Positions 33,301 to 43,544 of a stretch of 64,000 bases of DNA are shown here, in pieces; positions within the stretch are counted from its first letter, which is position 1, and the number at the start of each line of letters is the position of its first letter. The stretch lies in the sequence record NC_054910.1. One strand, given 5' to 3'. Under the pieces are notes generated by a model. That model saw only the letters and a list, made by a program, of their open reading frames with translations. It was not told the DNA's origin and did no database searches. The position numbers were made by a program, and so were the translations under genes. Source of the stretch: Escherichia phage EcNP1.

Positions 33301-34190
33301 CTAGTCACTTTTATTCTCAGCGTAATAAAGCTGGTAATATAACATTTAATATCAATGGTACAGTAACACCGATAAATGTGAATGCTTCAGGCACATTGAA
33401 TGTGAATGGCGTAGCAACATTCGGCAGTTCGGTTACTGCTAATGGCGAATTTATCAGTAAATCATCGAATGCTTTTAGAGCAATAAACGGTGATTATGGA
33501 TTCTTTATTCGTAATGATGGTGCTAACACCTATTTTATGCTTACTGCATCGGGTGATCAGACCGGTGGATTTAATGGATTACGTCCTTTAACTATTAATA
33601 ATGCATCTGGTCAAGTAACGATTGGTGAAAGCTTAATCATTGCCAAAGGTGCTACTATAAGTTCAGGTGGTTTAACTGTTAACTCGAGAATTCGTTCTCA
33701 GGGTACTAAAACCTCTGATTTATATACCCGTGCGCCAACATCTGATACTGTAGGATTCTGGTCAATCGATATTAATGATTCAGCCACTTATAACCAGTTC
33801 CCGGGTTATTTTAAAATGGTTGAAAAAACTAATGAAGTGACTGGACTTCCATACTTAGAACGTGGCGAAGAAGTTAAATCTCCTGGTACATTGACTCAGT
33901 TTGGTAACACACTTGATTCGCTTTACCAAGATTGGATTACTTATCCAACTACCCCAGAAGCACGTACCACTCGCTGGACACGTACATGGCAGAAAACCAA
34001 AAACTCTTGGTCAAGTTTTGTTCAGGTATTTGACGGAGGTAACCCTCCTCAACCTTCAGATATAGGAGCGATCCCATCTGATAATGGAATAATAGGTAAT
34101 CTTACTATTCGCGATTTCTTGCGAATTGGTAATGTTCGCATTATTCCTGACCCAGTGAATAAAACTGTTAAATTTGAGTGGATTGAATAA
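30321..34190 (+). CDS. 34: long tail fibre proximal subunit gp34
   Basis: 1289 aa (T4 gp34 1289 aa); six tandem ~39-aa repeats (ITPETLANRTATETRRG... family); first gene of 34-35-36-37 operon. Confidence 0.97.
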   Translation: MAEIKRKFRAEDGLDAGGDKIINVALADRTVGTDGVNVDYLIQENTVQQYDPTRGYLKDFVIIYNNRFWAATDNIPKPAGSFNRIRWKALRTDAVYTTVSSGPYQLKSGEAISVDTSVGNDIEFNLPPSPLDGETVIIQDIGGKPGINQVKINSSNQSIVNFRGEQVRSVLMTHPKSQMIFIFNNRLWQMYVADYSREAAIVTPSTAYQAQSNDFIVRRFTSAAPINIKLPRFANHGDIINFVDLDKLNPLYHTIVTTYDETTSVQEVGTHSIEGRTSIDGFLMFDDNEKLWRLFDGDSKARLRIITTNSNIRPNEEVMVFGANNGTAQTIELQLPTDISIGDTVKISMNYMRKGQTVKIKAAGEDKIASSVQLLQFPKRSEYPPEAEWVTVQELVFNGETNYVPVLQLAYIEDSDGKYWVVQQNVPTVERVDSLNNSTRARLGVIALATQAQANVDLENSPQKELAITPETLANRTATETRRGIARIATTAQVNQNTTFSFADDIIVTPKKLNERTATETRRGVAEIATQQETNAGTDDTTIITPKKLQARQGSESLSGIVTFVSTAGATPASSRELNGTNVYNKNTNNLVVSPKALDQYKATPTQQGAVILAVESEVIAGQSQEGWANAVVTPETLHKKTSTDGRIGLIEIATQSEVNTGTDYTRAVTPKTLNDRKATESLSGIAEIATQVEFDAGVDDTRISTPLKIKTRFDSTDRTSVVALSGLVESGTLWDHYTLNILEANETQRGTLRVATQVEAAAGTLDNVLITPKKLLGTKSTESQEGVIKVATRSETVAGTSANTAVSPKNLKWIVQSEPTWAATTAIRGFVKTSSGSITFVGNDTAGSTQDLELYEKNNYAVSPYELNRVLANYLPLKAKAVDSNLLDGLDSLQFIRRDIAQTVNGSLTLTQQTNLSAPLVSSSTATFGGSVSANSTLTISNTGTATRLIFEKGPQTGTNPAQTMTVRVWGNQFSGESDTTRSTVFEVSDETSSHFYSQRNKAGNITFNINGTVTPINVNASGTLNVNGVATFGSSVTANGEFISKSSNAFRAINGDYGFFIRNDGANTYFMLTASGDQTGGFNGLRPLTINNASGQVTIGESLIIAKGATISSGGLTVNSRIRSQGTKTSDLYTRAPTSDTVGFWSIDINDSATYNQFPGYFKMVEKTNEVTGLPYLERGEEVKSPGTLTQFGNTLDSLYQDWITYPTTPEARTTRWTRTWQKTKNSWSSFVQVFDGGNPPQPSDIGAIPSDNGIIGNLTIRDFLRIGNVRIIPDPVNKTVKFEWIE

Positions 34191-34198
34191 GAGGTATT

Positions 34199-35314
34199 AT
34201 GGAAAAATTTATGGCAGAGTTTGGACAAGGATATGTCCAAACGCCATTTTTATCGGAAAGTAATTCAGTAAGATACAAAATAAGCATAGCGGGTTCTTGC
34301 CCGCTTTCTACAGCAGGACCATATGTTAAATTTCAGGATAACCCTGTCGGAAATCAAACATTTAGTGCAGGTCTTCATTTAAGAGTTTTTGACCCTTCAA
34401 CAGGAGCATTAGTTGATAGTAAGTCATATGCTTTTTCTACTTCAAATAATACTACATCAGCTGCTTTTGTTAGTTTCATGAATTCTTTGTCAAACAATAG
34501 ACTTGTTGCTATATTAACTAGCGGAAAGGTTAATTTTCCTCCTGAAGTGGTATCTTGGTTAAGGGGAGCAGGAACTTCAGTTTTTCCATCAGATTCAGTA
34601 TTGTCAAGATTTGACGTATCATATGCTGCTTTTTATACTTCTTCTAAAAGAGCTATTGCATTAGAGCATGTTAAACTAAGTAATAGAAAAAGCACAGATG
34701 ATTATCAAACTATTTTAGATGTTGTATTTGATAGTTTAGAAGACGTCGGAGCTACGGGATTTCCTAAAAGAACATATGAAAGTGTCGAGCAATTTATGTC
34801 AGCGGTTGGTGGAACTAATAACGAAATTGCGCGATTGCCAACTTCAGCTGCTATAAGTAAACTTTCTGACTATAATTTAATTCCTGGTGATGTTCTTTAT
34901 CTTAAAGCACAGTTATATGCTGATGCTGATTTACTTGATCTTGGAACTACAAACATATCCATTCGTTTTTATGATGCATCAAATGGTTATATTTCCTCTA
35001 CCCAAGCTGAATTTACTGGGCAAGCTGGGTCTTGGGAATTAAAGGAAGATTATGTAGTTGTTCCTGAAAATGCAGTCGGATTTACTATATATGCGCAGAG
35101 AACTGCTCAAGCTGGTCAAGGAGGAATGAGGAATTTAAGCTTTTCTGAAGTATCAAGAAATGGCGGCATTTCAAAACCTGCCGAATTTGGCGTCAACGGT
35201 ATTCGCGTTAATTATGTCTGTGAATCGGCTTCACCTCCAGATATAATGGTACTTCCTACACAAGCCTCTTCTAAAACTGGCAAAGTGTTTGGGCAAGAAT
35301 TTAGAGAAGTTTAA
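34199..35314 (+). CDS. 35: long tail fibre hinge protein gp35
   Basis: 371 aa (T4 gp35 372 aa); 8 nt after gene 34. Confidence 0.9.
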   Translation: MEKFMAEFGQGYVQTPFLSESNSVRYKISIAGSCPLSTAGPYVKFQDNPVGNQTFSAGLHLRVFDPSTGALVDSKSYAFSTSNNTTSAAFVSFMNSLSNNRLVAILTSGKVNFPPEVVSWLRGAGTSVFPSDSVLSRFDVSYAAFYTSSKRAIALEHVKLSNRKSTDDYQTILDVVFDSLEDVGATGFPKRTYESVEQFMSAVGGTNNEIARLPTSAAISKLSDYNLIPGDVLYLKAQLYADADLLDLGTTNISIRFYDASNGYISSTQAEFTGQAGSWELKEDYVVVPENAVGFTIYAQRTAQAGQGGMRNLSFSEVSRNGGISKPAEFGVNGIRVNYVCESASPPDIMVLPTQASSKTGKVFGQEFREV

Positions 35315-35319
35315 ACTGA

Positions 35320-35345
35320 GGGAGCCTTTGGGTTCCCTTTTTCTT
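35320..35345 (+). terminator. hairpin terminator after gene 35
   Basis: GGGAGCC-TTTG-GGTTCCC (one G-U pair) followed by TTTTTCTTT. Confidence 0.55.
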
Positions 35346-35353
35346 TATAAATA
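35346..35353 (+). promoter_or_regulatory. late promoter (TATAAATA) for gene 36
   Basis: Exact TATAAATA ~24 nt upstream of the gene 36 ATG. Confidence 0.65.
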
Positions 35354-35376
35354 ATATTAAAATAAAGGGGCATATA

Positions 35377-36027
35377 ATGGCTGATTTAAAAGTAGGTTCA
35401 ACTGTGGGTGGATCTGTCATTTGGCATCAAGGAAATTTTCCATTGAATTCAGCCGGTGACGATGTACTCTACAAATCATTTAAAATATATTCAGAATATA
35501 ATAAACCGCAGGCAGCTGATAACGATTTCGTTTCTAAAGCTAATGGTGGTACTTACACCGGTCCAATTACTATTAATTACGGGGTAAATAGTTATCTTCA
35601 ATTAAGTAATAATGAAACCCCTATCCGAATTCGTTCTGGTGGCGGCACCGGTAATACTCTTGTAATTGGTGGATCTTCTGGTGGTATTAGTTTTAGACCT
35701 GCAGGTAGTGAAATCACTACTGGACAAATTACTATTACGCCAGAAGGTTTGACAACATTCACCAAAGCTGTAAAGGCTCCATCTGTAACTGTTACATCTA
35801 CTCCTTCCGCAGCATCAGATGCTACTCGTAAAGATTATGTTGATGGAGCAATAAATACTGTTACAGCAAATGCAAACTCTAGAGTGTTACGATCTGGTGA
35901 CACCATGACAGGAAATTTAACTGCGCCAAACCTTTTTTCACAGAATCCTGCATCTCAACCTTCACACGTTCCACGATTTGACCAAATCGTAATTAAGGAT
36001 TCTGTTCAAGATTTCGGCTATTATTAA
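35377..36027 (+). CDS. 36: long tail fibre distal connector gp36
   Basis: 216 aa (T4 gp36 221 aa); N-terminus [24 protein letters not shown]. Confidence 0.9.
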   Translation: MADLKVGSTVGGSVIWHQGNFPLNSAGDDVLYKSFKIYSEYNKPQAADNDFVSKANGGTYTGPITINYGVNSYLQLSNNETPIRIRSGGGTGNTLVIGGSSGGISFRPAGSEITTGQITITPEGLTTFTKAVKAPSVTVTSTPSAASDATRKDYVDGAINTVTANANSRVLRSGDTMTGNLTAPNLFSQNPASQPSHVPRFDQIVIKDSVQDFGYY

Positions 36028-36035
36028 GAGGACTT

Positions 36036-39020
36036 ATGGCTACTTTAAAACAAATACAATTTAAAAGAAGCAAAACTGCAGGTCAACTTCCTGCCGCTTC
36101 AGTATTAGCCGAAGGTGAATTGGCTATTAATTTAAAAGATAAAACAATTTTCACAAAAGATGACTCAGGCAATGTTATAGAATTAGGTTTAAAATATGGA
36201 GGAACAATTGATGGTTCTTTAACTGTTAATGGAAATATAATTGGAAATTTAACAGGTAACGCTGCAACTGCAACCAAATTAAAAACAGCACGAAAAATTA
36301 ATGGTATATCCTTTGATGGGTCAAAAGATATCACGCTAACTCCATCCGACATAAATGTCAATAGCACAACGTTTATAAAAAATAACGGCGAATTACCTGT
36401 TGATGCTAATTTAGATACGTATGGGCCTGTTGAAGAATATCTTGGAGTTTGGTCGAAAGCAACTTCAACCAACGCTCAACCAGCAAATAAATTTCCAGAA
36501 GACAATGCTGTAGGTGTGCTAGAAGTATTTGTGGCCGGTCAATTTGCTGGTACTCAGAGATATACAACTAGATACGGAAATGTTTATATTCGTTCCTTGA
36601 CTGCTACATGGAACGGAGTAAATGGTCCGTGGAGTGTGTGGCGAAATATTCAATCTGGTACTCGTCCACTGTCAACAACAATTGATCTTAATGATCTAGG
36701 AGGCGCTGAACACTTTGGTTTGTGGCGAAATAGTTCAAATTCCATTGCTACATTTGACAGAAATTTCCCAGAAGAGGGGTCGTCAGCTCAAGGTCTTTTG
36801 GAAGTATATGAAGGTGGAAACTATTCTCGTACACAAAGATATACAACCAGATTTGGTGTTGTTTATACTCGTTGTCTTGCTGCCGCGTGGGATTCTACTG
36901 CGCCTAAATGGGGACCGTGGCAACAAGTCGGTAATGTCACACCAGCGACTTTTTATGATGGAGATCTGAATGATTTTAAAACTCCTGGGTTATATAATAT
37001 TTTAGGCACTGATGCCGTTATTAATTGTCCTACAGGCGAAGGTTTACCAGCCGTTATTGTTGGTTTGCTGGAAGTTAAACAGCGTGCTTCTGGTGGTGCT
37101 ATTTTCCAAAAATTTACTACTGCCGGAACAGGTGCAACTACCCGCGATCGTATTTTTGAGCGCGCATATACCGGCGGTGTGTGGGGTGAATGGAACGAAG
37201 TATACACATCTTATTCTCTACCAATTACTTTGGGTATGGGCGGTATTAAATCTAACTTAGCAGAGTTAGACTGGCAAACATTTGATTTTGTTCCTGGTAG
37301 TATGTTTAGCGTTCCTTTGAACAAAATAAAGAACATGCCAGCTAATATGGATTGGGGTACGATTGACGGAAACTTAATTATGTTTTCTGTTGGTCCTAGC
37401 GAGCACACCAGCACAGGACGTACTGTTCAGGTTTGGCGTGGTACTGTATCCCAGACAAACTACCGTTATTTTGTCGTTCGTGTATTCGGTAATTCAGGAA
37501 ATAGAACTTGCACAGTTCGTCGCGTTGTTCTTGAAGATGGTCGCCACAAATGGACAGCGCAACAAGATTTTAATGGCGCAGTTAACTTCGGTGCTCCTAC
37601 CAATTTTAACTCTACTGTTAACCTTAATAACACTACCACTTTTAAAACAGAAGTTAAATTTCGCTCATTGAATGCATTCCGTATGTATGGCGGAAAATTT
37701 GGTACAATTTTCCGTAATGATGGAGAGAGTCTTTATATTCTTTCCACCGACGAAGATGACCAAGATGGAAACTTTAATACAAATAGACCTTTCCGTTATG
37801 AATTGAGAACTGGCGATGTTACTTTAGGCGGTACTAGTGGTGCTAACGTTTTAAAATTAAAACGTGATTCTCTCACCGCATTTTTTGGCGGTGATATTAA
37901 CATGAAAGGCGTGCTGACTTTTGACGCCGGACGTTTAGGATCACGAGATTATTTTAAATTTAACCATTGGGGTGATAGTAATAATGCGCGTGATAACATT
38001 ATTCAGTTAGAAGACAGCAAAGGCGCTCATTTTTCCACTGAACGTACTTTAGCGACTGGTGCAATTAAGACTAAATTTTTTGGTGAAATTGAATCCGATG
38101 GTAAATTGGTTATTAAACGTCCGGGTGATTCTATTGTATTATCAACAACTGCTAGTAATTCTTTGCATATTCGTGGTGACATAGACGGGACTGGTAACTG
38201 GTATATTGGTAAGGGTGGTGCTGATAATGGATTAGCGTTATATAGTTATGCTACTAATGCTGGTGTATACATTACAAACGCAGGAGATATCACGCTAAGT
38301 CCAAAAGGCGTCGAAATGGCTCATGTTAATAACGTTCGATTATATGTTCATGGTGAACGTTGGACTGCTAGTCAACCAGGTGATTGGGGTAGTCAGTGGC
38401 AAGTGGAAGCGCCAATATTCGTCGATCATGGTTATGTTTCACAGGATTGTTATTATCCAATTATTAAAGGAAGAAGTGTAATCACCAATCAAGGGTTTGT
38501 AACTGCCGTCGATCTTGGTATTCGTCGTGTCAATAACAATTGGGGACAAGCAATTATTCGTGTTGGATCTGCGGAGGCATCGCCAGCGGCTGGACACCCT
38601 AACGCGGTATTTGAATTTCATTACGACGGTACTTTCTATTCTCCTGGTAATGGTAACTTTAACGATGTGTATATTCGTTCCGATGGTCGACTTAAGATCA
38701 ATAAAGAAGAGTTAGAAAACGGAGCACTTGAAAAAGTTTGCCGACTGAAAGTTTATATTTACGATAAAGTTAAGTCTATTAAAGACCGTAGTGTTATTAA
38801 ACGTGAAGTTGGTATTATTGCTCAGGACCTTGAAAAGGAATTACCGGAAGCTGTATCTAAAGTTGAAGTTGATGGATCTGATGTTCTGACAATTTCTAAC
38901 TCTGCTGTGAATGCTCTTTTAATTAAGGCTATTCAGGAAATGAGTGAAGAAATTAAAGAATTGAAAACGCCTTTCTTCACTAAAATTGCTCGCAAAATTA
39001 GTAATTATTTTAAATTCTAA
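36036..39020 (+). CDS. 37: long tail fibre distal subunit gp37 with C-terminal intramolecular-chaperone-like domain
   Basis: 994 aa; conserved N-terminus [35 protein letters not shown]; C-terminal ~113 aa (from ~38679) has SDGRLK motif and [25 protein letters not shown] typical of autocleaving fibre/tailspike chaperone domains. Confidence 0.93.
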   Translation: MATLKQIQFKRSKTAGQLPAASVLAEGELAINLKDKTIFTKDDSGNVIELGLKYGGTIDGSLTVNGNIIGNLTGNAATATKLKTARKINGISFDGSKDITLTPSDINVNSTTFIKNNGELPVDANLDTYGPVEEYLGVWSKATSTNAQPANKFPEDNAVGVLEVFVAGQFAGTQRYTTRYGNVYIRSLTATWNGVNGPWSVWRNIQSGTRPLSTTIDLNDLGGAEHFGLWRNSSNSIATFDRNFPEEGSSAQGLLEVYEGGNYSRTQRYTTRFGVVYTRCLAAAWDSTAPKWGPWQQVGNVTPATFYDGDLNDFKTPGLYNILGTDAVINCPTGEGLPAVIVGLLEVKQRASGGAIFQKFTTAGTGATTRDRIFERAYTGGVWGEWNEVYTSYSLPITLGMGGIKSNLAELDWQTFDFVPGSMFSVPLNKIKNMPANMDWGTIDGNLIMFSVGPSEHTSTGRTVQVWRGTVSQTNYRYFVVRVFGNSGNRTCTVRRVVLEDGRHKWTAQQDFNGAVNFGAPTNFNSTVNLNNTTTFKTEVKFRSLNAFRMYGGKFGTIFRNDGESLYILSTDEDDQDGNFNTNRPFRYELRTGDVTLGGTSGANVLKLKRDSLTAFFGGDINMKGVLTFDAGRLGSRDYFKFNHWGDSNNARDNIIQLEDSKGAHFSTERTLATGAIKTKFFGEIESDGKLVIKRPGDSIVLSTTASNSLHIRGDIDGTGNWYIGKGGADNGLALYSYATNAGVYITNAGDITLSPKGVEMAHVNNVRLYVHGERWTASQPGDWGSQWQVEAPIFVDHGYVSQDCYYPIIKGRSVITNQGFVTAVDLGIRRVNNNWGQAIIRVGSAEASPAAGHPNAVFEFHYDGTFYSPGNGNFNDVYIRSDGRLKINKEELENGALEKVCRLKVYIYDKVKSIKDRSVIKREVGIIAQDLEKELPEAVSKVEVDGSDVLTISNSAVNALLIKAIQEMSEEIKELKTPFFTKIARKISNYFKF

Positions 39021-39052
39021 CAACAAGGGGCTTTGCCCCTTTGGAGAAAATT

Positions 39053-39853
39053 ATGGCAGTAGTTGGTGTTCCCGGCTGGATTGGAAGTTCATCCGTAAAT
39101 GAAACAGGACAACGATGGATGAGTCAAGCGGCTGGTCAATTAAGATTGGGTGTTCCTTGCTGGATGAGCCAATTCGCCGGACGCTCAAGAGAGATTATTC
39201 ATACCGTAACAGCAAACCATAACTTTAATGGTCAATGGTTCCGTGATAGGTGCTTTGAAGCTGGCGGTGCACCCATTGTATTCAATATTGTTGGTGATAT
39301 CGTTTCTTATTCTAAAGATGTGCCACTTTTCTTTATGTATGGGGATACGCCTAATGAATATGTTGTTCTTAATATTCATGGTGGTGTTCATATGTGGGGT
39401 CGTGGTGGTAATGGTGGATACACTCACTCAGGAGGCGACGGTAACGGTACACAAGGCGGTCATGTTATTCAAAATGATATCGGTGGACGGCTTCGTATTT
39501 GGAACTACGGTGTTATAGCTGCTGGGGGTGGCGGCGGCGGTGGTATTGCATATCGTCCACACTCAGGGGCAAACTGGCAAGATATCGGTGGCGGCGGCGG
39601 TCGACCTTTCGGTGGTGCTGGCGGTGGCGGTTATTCCGGTGGTGCTGCTTCGTATGAAGGTCCGGGTGGTGGTTATGACTATGGTAACGCACACTCCGGC
39701 GCAGGTGGTAATGCTGGTGCTGCTGGTCAGAATGCATGGTCTGACGGCGGTAAAGTTCTTAAAGTTGGTGTTGGTGGTGCGTCTGGTCATGCAGTGTTTG
39801 GGTCTTCTCCAACTTGGGGTGCTGTTGGAACAATTTACGGACCAAGAGTATAA
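39053..39853 (+). CDS. 38: T2-type receptor-binding adhesin gp38 (glycine-rich motifs + hypervariable segments)
   Basis: 266 aa from ATG 39053 (track start 39041 is TTG); N-terminus [13 protein letters not shown]; poly-Gly motifs [38 protein letters not shown] separated by short variable segments. Confidence 0.88.
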   Translation: MAVVGVPGWIGSSSVNETGQRWMSQAAGQLRLGVPCWMSQFAGRSREIIHTVTANHNFNGQWFRDRCFEAGGAPIVFNIVGDIVSYSKDVPLFFMYGDTPNEYVVLNIHGGVHMWGRGGNGGYTHSGGDGNGTQGGHVIQNDIGGRLRIWNYGVIAAGGGGGGGIAYRPHSGANWQDIGGGGGRPFGGAGGGGYSGGAASYEGPGGGYDYGNAHSGAGGNAGAAGQNAWSDGGKVLKVGVGGASGHAVFGSSPTWGAVGTIYGPRV

Positions 39854-39857
39854 TTTG

Positions 39858-39865
39858 AATAAATA
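39858..39865 (+). promoter_or_regulatory. possible late promoter for holin gene t (AATAAATA)
   Basis: One mismatch to TATAAATA, ~20 nt upstream of the t ATG. Confidence 0.35.
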
Positions 39866-39883
39866 TCCTTAAAAGGAGGGTCT

Positions 39884-40540
39884 ATGGCAGCACCTAGAAT
39901 ATCATTTTCGCCCTCTGATATTCTGTTGGGTGTTCTAGATCGCTTGTTCAAAGATAATGCTACCGGGAAAGTTCTTGCTTCCCGGGTAGCTGTCGTAATT
40001 CTTTTGTTTATAATGGCGATTGTTTGGTATAGGGGAGATAGTTTCTTTGAGTACTATAAGCAATCAAAGTATGAAACATACAGCGAAATTATTGAAAAGG
40101 AAAGAAATGCACGCTTTGAATCTGTCGCCCTGGAACAACTCCAGATAGTTCATATATCATCTGAGGCAGACTTTAGTGCGGTGTATTCTTTCCGCCCTAA
40201 AAACTTAAACTATTTTGTTGATATTATAGCATATGAAGGAAAATTACCTTCAACAATAAGTGAAAAATCACTTGGAGGATATCCTGTTGATAAAACTATG
40301 GATGAATATGCAGTTCATTTAAATGGACGTCATTATTATTCCGACTCAAAATTTGCTTTTTTACCAACTAAAAAGCCTACTCCCGAAATAAATTACATGT
40401 ACAGTTGTCCATATTTCAATTTGGATAATATCTATGCTGGAACAATAACCATGTACTGGTATAGAAATGATCATATAAGTAATGACCGCCTTGAATCAAT
40501 ATGTTCTCAGGCGGCCAGAATATTAGGAAGGGCTAAATAA
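39884..40540 (+). CDS. t: holin T
   Basis: 218 aa (T4 holin 218 aa); N-terminus MAAPRISFSPSDIL, single TM segment VAVVILLFIMAIVWY. Confidence 0.95.
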   Translation: MAAPRISFSPSDILLGVLDRLFKDNATGKVLASRVAVVILLFIMAIVWYRGDSFFEYYKQSKYETYSEIIEKERNARFESVALEQLQIVHISSEADFSAVYSFRPKNLNYFVDIIAYEGKLPSTISEKSLGGYPVDKTMDEYAVHLNGRHYYSDSKFAFLPTKKPTPEINYMYSCPYFNLDNIYAGTITMYWYRNDHISNDRLESICSQAARILGRAK

Positions 40541-40813
40541 TTATTTGTTTGTATACATTTCTAGATATCGATATACACCCTCAAAACCCTCATTGAATTC
40601 GTCGATGAGGGTTTTCTTATCTTCTTGGGTTAATTCAGAAACAATTTTACGGAATGAATTCTGATTTAACTTTCTACCTTCATATGTTACTCCAATCTCA
40701 TTCAGAAATGCAATAAAATTAGCACGATTCTCAACAATATCTTCTCTGGAAAATTTAATCAAAATAGACGCAACAGTAATAATTTCACGAACTGTATCAA
40801 TGTTTTTATTCAT
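40541..40813 (-). CDS. asiA: anti-sigma70 protein AsiA
   Basis: 90 aa; sequence MNKNIDTVREIITVASILIKFSREDIVENRANFIAFLNEIGVTYEGRKLNQNSFRKIVSEL... matches T4 AsiA. Confidence 0.95.
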   Translation of the reverse strand: MNKNIDTVREIITVASILIKFSREDIVENRANFIAFLNEIGVTYEGRKLNQNSFRKIVSELTQEDKKTLIDEFNEGFEGVYRYLEMYTNK

Positions 40814-40825
40814 TAACTATACCAC

Positions 40826-40978
40826 TCAATTAGTTGACTTTATTATAATATCATCAGACACTTGATTTGTAAACTGGTCTGTGTTATTTTCTTCAAAAAT
40901 TTTTTCTGCGAATTCCTTGAACGACTCGCGTTCCTGAGCTACATTATGCTCGATTACCATTTCAAGATTATGACTCAT
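40826..40978 (-). CDS. small acidic ORF (~50 aa) containing the asiA promoter
   Basis: Not in track (<60 aa); ATG overlaps the upstream ORF stop (ATGA). Confidence 0.3.
   Translation of the reverse strand: MSHNLEMVIEHNVAQERESFKEFAEKIFEENNTDQFTNQVSDDIIIKSTN
40845..40874 (-). promoter_or_regulatory. T4-type early promoter for asiA
   Basis: Minus strand GTTTAC + 18 nt + TATTAT, ~30 nt upstream of the asiA ATG. Confidence 0.55.
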
Positions 40979-41253
40979 TCGAAATAATCTTCAATTTCGT
41001 AATCATGGACGTAAATCATTATAGTTTTTAATACATCATCAATACTTTTTCCTGGAGCTGGAATTACGTAAAAATATCCTGCTTTTGAGAGGTCTTTATA
41101 AGTTCCAACCAAGAAATCATTATTCTCGAGATGTAGTTCTTCAACTAATTCATTAACAATTGAGTGGTATAAATTTGGTAGAAGCTTATATAGCTTTTCT
41201 AGAATATCAATTTTGATTGTATATTGAACCACAGATTGAGAATCAATAATCAT
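40975..41253 (-). CDS. arn: Arn-like anti-restriction protein (McrBC inhibitor), by size and position
   Basis: 92 aa acidic protein (T4 Arn 92 aa) immediately upstream of asiA as in T4. Confidence 0.55.
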   Translation of the reverse strand: MIIDSQSVVQYTIKIDILEKLYKLLPNLYHSIVNELVEELHLENNDFLVGTYKDLSKAGYFYVIPAPGKSIDDVLKTIMIYVHDYEIEDYFE

Positions 41254-41336
41254 AGACCTTCCCCTTATGTTTCTGTTTGCGATTAGATTCTTTAAACGCT
41301 TTCTTCTTATCCTTATGGACAGAAGCTTTATTAAAA

Positions 41337-41555
41337 TTATGTTTTGCGACTAAATTGTTCATAGTGCTGAATTACCTCTCTTAAACATTTGCATGTGAAT
41401 GAAAACTTTTTAGCTACACCACATTCAAATATATGTTCTCTTAAATCACGTGTGTCAGTATATCCCATCTCAACAATAAAATGCCGTATTAGATTTTTAT
41501 CTTTATCATTGAGAGAGTTAAAATAATCGGATTTTGAATTAATTTCCCTGGCCAA
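41337..41555 (-). CDS. hypothetical protein (72 aa)
   Basis: Track ORF in the arn-motA interval. Confidence 0.45.
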   Translation of the reverse strand: MAREINSKSDYFNSLNDKDKNLIRHFIVEMGYTDTRDLREHIFECGVAKKFSFTCKCLREVIQHYEQFSRKT

Positions 41556-41835
41556 ATTGAATCACCTTCAGTTGACGTTTTAGTTCTTTTATCATTTCTT
41601 CGTTCATCGCAATATAAAGATCACGTAAAGCAGGTTTTAGCATTCCATTTATTGGGGAACTAAATGGACATACATAATCTTTTCCTACGAGCTTTTTAGT
41701 GAATTCCATATTACAGAACTGAAATGCCGGCTCATTGGCATAAATTCCCCATTTGGTTGACATCATTTTATTGGCATATTCCAATGCTTGGATTTGATTC
41801 ATAATTCCATCAATTTGAAACTTTTTAATATTCAT
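41539..41835 (-). CDS. hypothetical protein (98 aa)
   Basis: Track ORF. Confidence 0.5.
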   Translation of the reverse strand: MNIKKFQIDGIMNQIQALEYANKMMSTKWGIYANEPAFQFCNMEFTKKLVGKDYVCPFSSPINGMLKPALRDLYIAMNEEMIKELKRQLKVIQFGQGN

Positions 41836-42296
41836 TAGTAAAGGTCCTCAGAGTAAAGTTCTTTTTCACTACCGCCACGTTCAATACGTACTTGTCCAGC
41901 GTAAGTTGCAATAATCATTGCTTCTTCGCGGGTCCAATAATTACTATATTGGTCAATAAATCCTTGGTCATCATCACAAACTTGTTGAGTAACTAATTGA
42001 GGTTTAACTACATCTAAAACTTCTGCCATATCTTTAGAATAATGACGAGCACCTGGAATAACAAGAGTTCGTCCATCTTTTAATTTAAAACGGTTGGCTG
42101 CGCAAACAATTCGTCGTTGATATTTTTGATTTTCGTCCCAATATGCAGACTGCCAACAAATTTCAGGAACTTCATCTAAAACATTTTGTTCTGTGTATTC
42201 ACCACTGTAAGAAGCTAATTTAGCAGCCAAACTTTCTGGGGTCTCACGTGACAAAGCTTTATCTAACAGAGCTAAACGTTCTTTAAAAGTTTTCAT
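41835..42296 (-). CDS. hypothetical protein (153 aa)
   Basis: Track ORF. Confidence 0.5.
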   Translation of the reverse strand: MKTFKERLALLDKALSRETPESLAAKLASYSGEYTEQNVLDEVPEICWQSAYWDENQKYQRRIVCAANRFKLKDGRTLVIPGARHYSKDMAEVLDVVKPQLVTQQVCDDDQGFIDQYSNYWTREEAMIIATYAGQVRIERGGSEKELYSEDLY

Positions 42297-42622
42297 TTAA
42301 ACCATCCTTTAATACGCTGCCACAAAGTTTTCTGTTGAGCTTTGTTAACACCAATTGAGCGAATAACTGGTTGAGATTCCTGGAATTCTTTATAATCAGC
42401 AAGGTAAATTTCGTAAGCTGAATCTGTAAAGGAACTTATCGCTGCCATGAAATTATTGCGAATACCTACTGGAGCATCTTTACTTTCACGAATAATCATG
42501 TATTTGCCAGTCTTAATCTTTACGATGGTTCCAAGATAAGCTCCATGGTACCAGATATCCCACCCCTCTTGAGTGGGTTCTGCACAACGACGAAGTTCAT
42601 TGATAATTTCTAACTTGTTCAT
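42293..42622 (-). CDS. hypothetical protein (109 aa)
   Basis: Track ORF. Confidence 0.5.
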   Translation of the reverse strand: MNKLEIINELRRCAEPTQEGWDIWYHGAYLGTIVKIKTGKYMIIRESKDAPVGIRNNFMAAISSFTDSAYEIYLADYKEFQESQPVIRSIGVNKAQQKTLWQRIKGWFK

Positions 42623-42632
42623 TATTTATTCC

Positions 42633-43268
42633 TCACAGTTCAGATGCTACGGTGATTACAGCTTCAATGTTTTCTGCCGAGCGTTTAATGTCAAGATACA
42701 CATTACCATTTTTAGCGATTTTACATGACATTCCGATATCAGTAAATTTCTGAATATGATGTTCCATCATTTTGTATCCAAAAATTCGCATATTTCCATT
42801 GTTGTTAATTTCAAAATTACGAATTCCGTGAGTGCGTTTTTCTAAAATAGCAAGATAGTTACTACGATAAGTTTCAACCTTTTTAAGAACAAATCCATTT
42901 TCATCTAAAAGTTTTAGCATGAGGTCTTTATCTTCTTCCATATCGGAAGTAATCTCGCGAGCTTTACGAGTTGCTCGTTTTTTCAGCAGTTCCGGAGCAT
43001 TTTCCTGCGCGTATAAAGTTGCTGCATTTGAAATAATATCCTGAGCTTCACCAGTAATGATTAATCCATCACCAGATTTCTCCACCAGGCCTTTTTTAAT
43101 CAATACCCCAATATTACTATTAACTACTGCATTACCTAAATCTGGATGCACCTCACGAACTTCTGCAGCTGTAATGAAATCTTTCTTAGCAATGGTAATT
43201 AAAATCGCAGCAGTTTTTTCATTCAGAACATCGTTAGAAGCTTTGATGATGTAAGTTACTTTAGACAT
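42633..43268 (-). CDS. motA: middle-transcription activator MotA
   Basis: 211 aa (T4 MotA 211 aa); N-terminus MSKVTYIIKASNDVLNEKTAAILITIAKKDFITAAEV. Confidence 0.95.
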   Translation of the reverse strand: MSKVTYIIKASNDVLNEKTAAILITIAKKDFITAAEVREVHPDLGNAVVNSNIGVLIKKGLVEKSGDGLIITGEAQDIISNAATLYAQENAPELLKKRATRKAREITSDMEEDKDLMLKLLDENGFVLKKVETYRSNYLAILEKRTHGIRNFEINNNGNMRIFGYKMMEHHIQKFTDIGMSCKIAKNGNVYLDIKRSAENIEAVITVASEL

Positions 43269-43307
43269 TTTCTAATCTCCGTAATTCTGTATCAGTAGTT
43301 GATAGTT

Positions 43308-43339
43308 GTATAGTACCACAGTATGCTTTGGTTGTAAAC
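43308..43339 (-). promoter_or_regulatory. T4-type early promoter for motA
   Basis: Minus strand GTTTAC + ~18 nt + TACTAT, then conserved leader ACAACTATCAACTACTGATAC. Confidence 0.55.
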
Positions 43340-43357
43340 CGTTTTGTGAAAAAATTT

Positions 43358-43389
43358 TAAAATAAAAAAGGGAGAGCCGAGGCTCTCCC
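43358..43389 (-). terminator. intrinsic terminator
   Basis: GGGAGAGC-CGAG-GCTCTCCC 8-bp stem; minus RNA followed by UUUUUU. Confidence 0.65.
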
Positions 43390-43394
43390 TAAAA

Positions 43395-43544
43395 TTACTG
43401 CATGACTGTGATAACTGTCATGATAACACGTTGAATGCCGAACGCAAGAAGACCTCCTGCTACAGCTGGAACAACACCTAAACCCGCCAGTAAAATGCCA
43501 CCGGATACTAATGCAGCGCTTGTAATACCTATGAATGGACTCAT
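43395..43544 (-). CDS. small hydrophobic membrane peptide (49 aa, motA.1-like position)
   Basis: Not in track; ATG overlaps gene 52 stop; MSPFIGITSAALVSGGILLAGLGVVPAVAGGLLAFGIQRVIMTVITVMQ. Confidence 0.4.
   Translation of the reverse strand: MSPFIGITSAALVSGGILLAGLGVVPAVAGGLLAFGIQRVIMTVITVMQ

Noticed and set aside
39041-39052. Track start of gp38 at 39041
   Set aside because: Codon at 39041 is TTG; the ATG at 39053 preceded by GGAG gives the conserved [10 protein letters not shown]-terminus. The same applies to rnh (track start 30231 is TTG; true ATG 30216).
39185-39872. Several overlapping ORFs in both strands within gp38, with His-rich or Thr-rich translations
   Set aside because: Artefacts of the GGN-rich glycine-motif coding sequence of gp38; the real frame is the gp38 adhesin.
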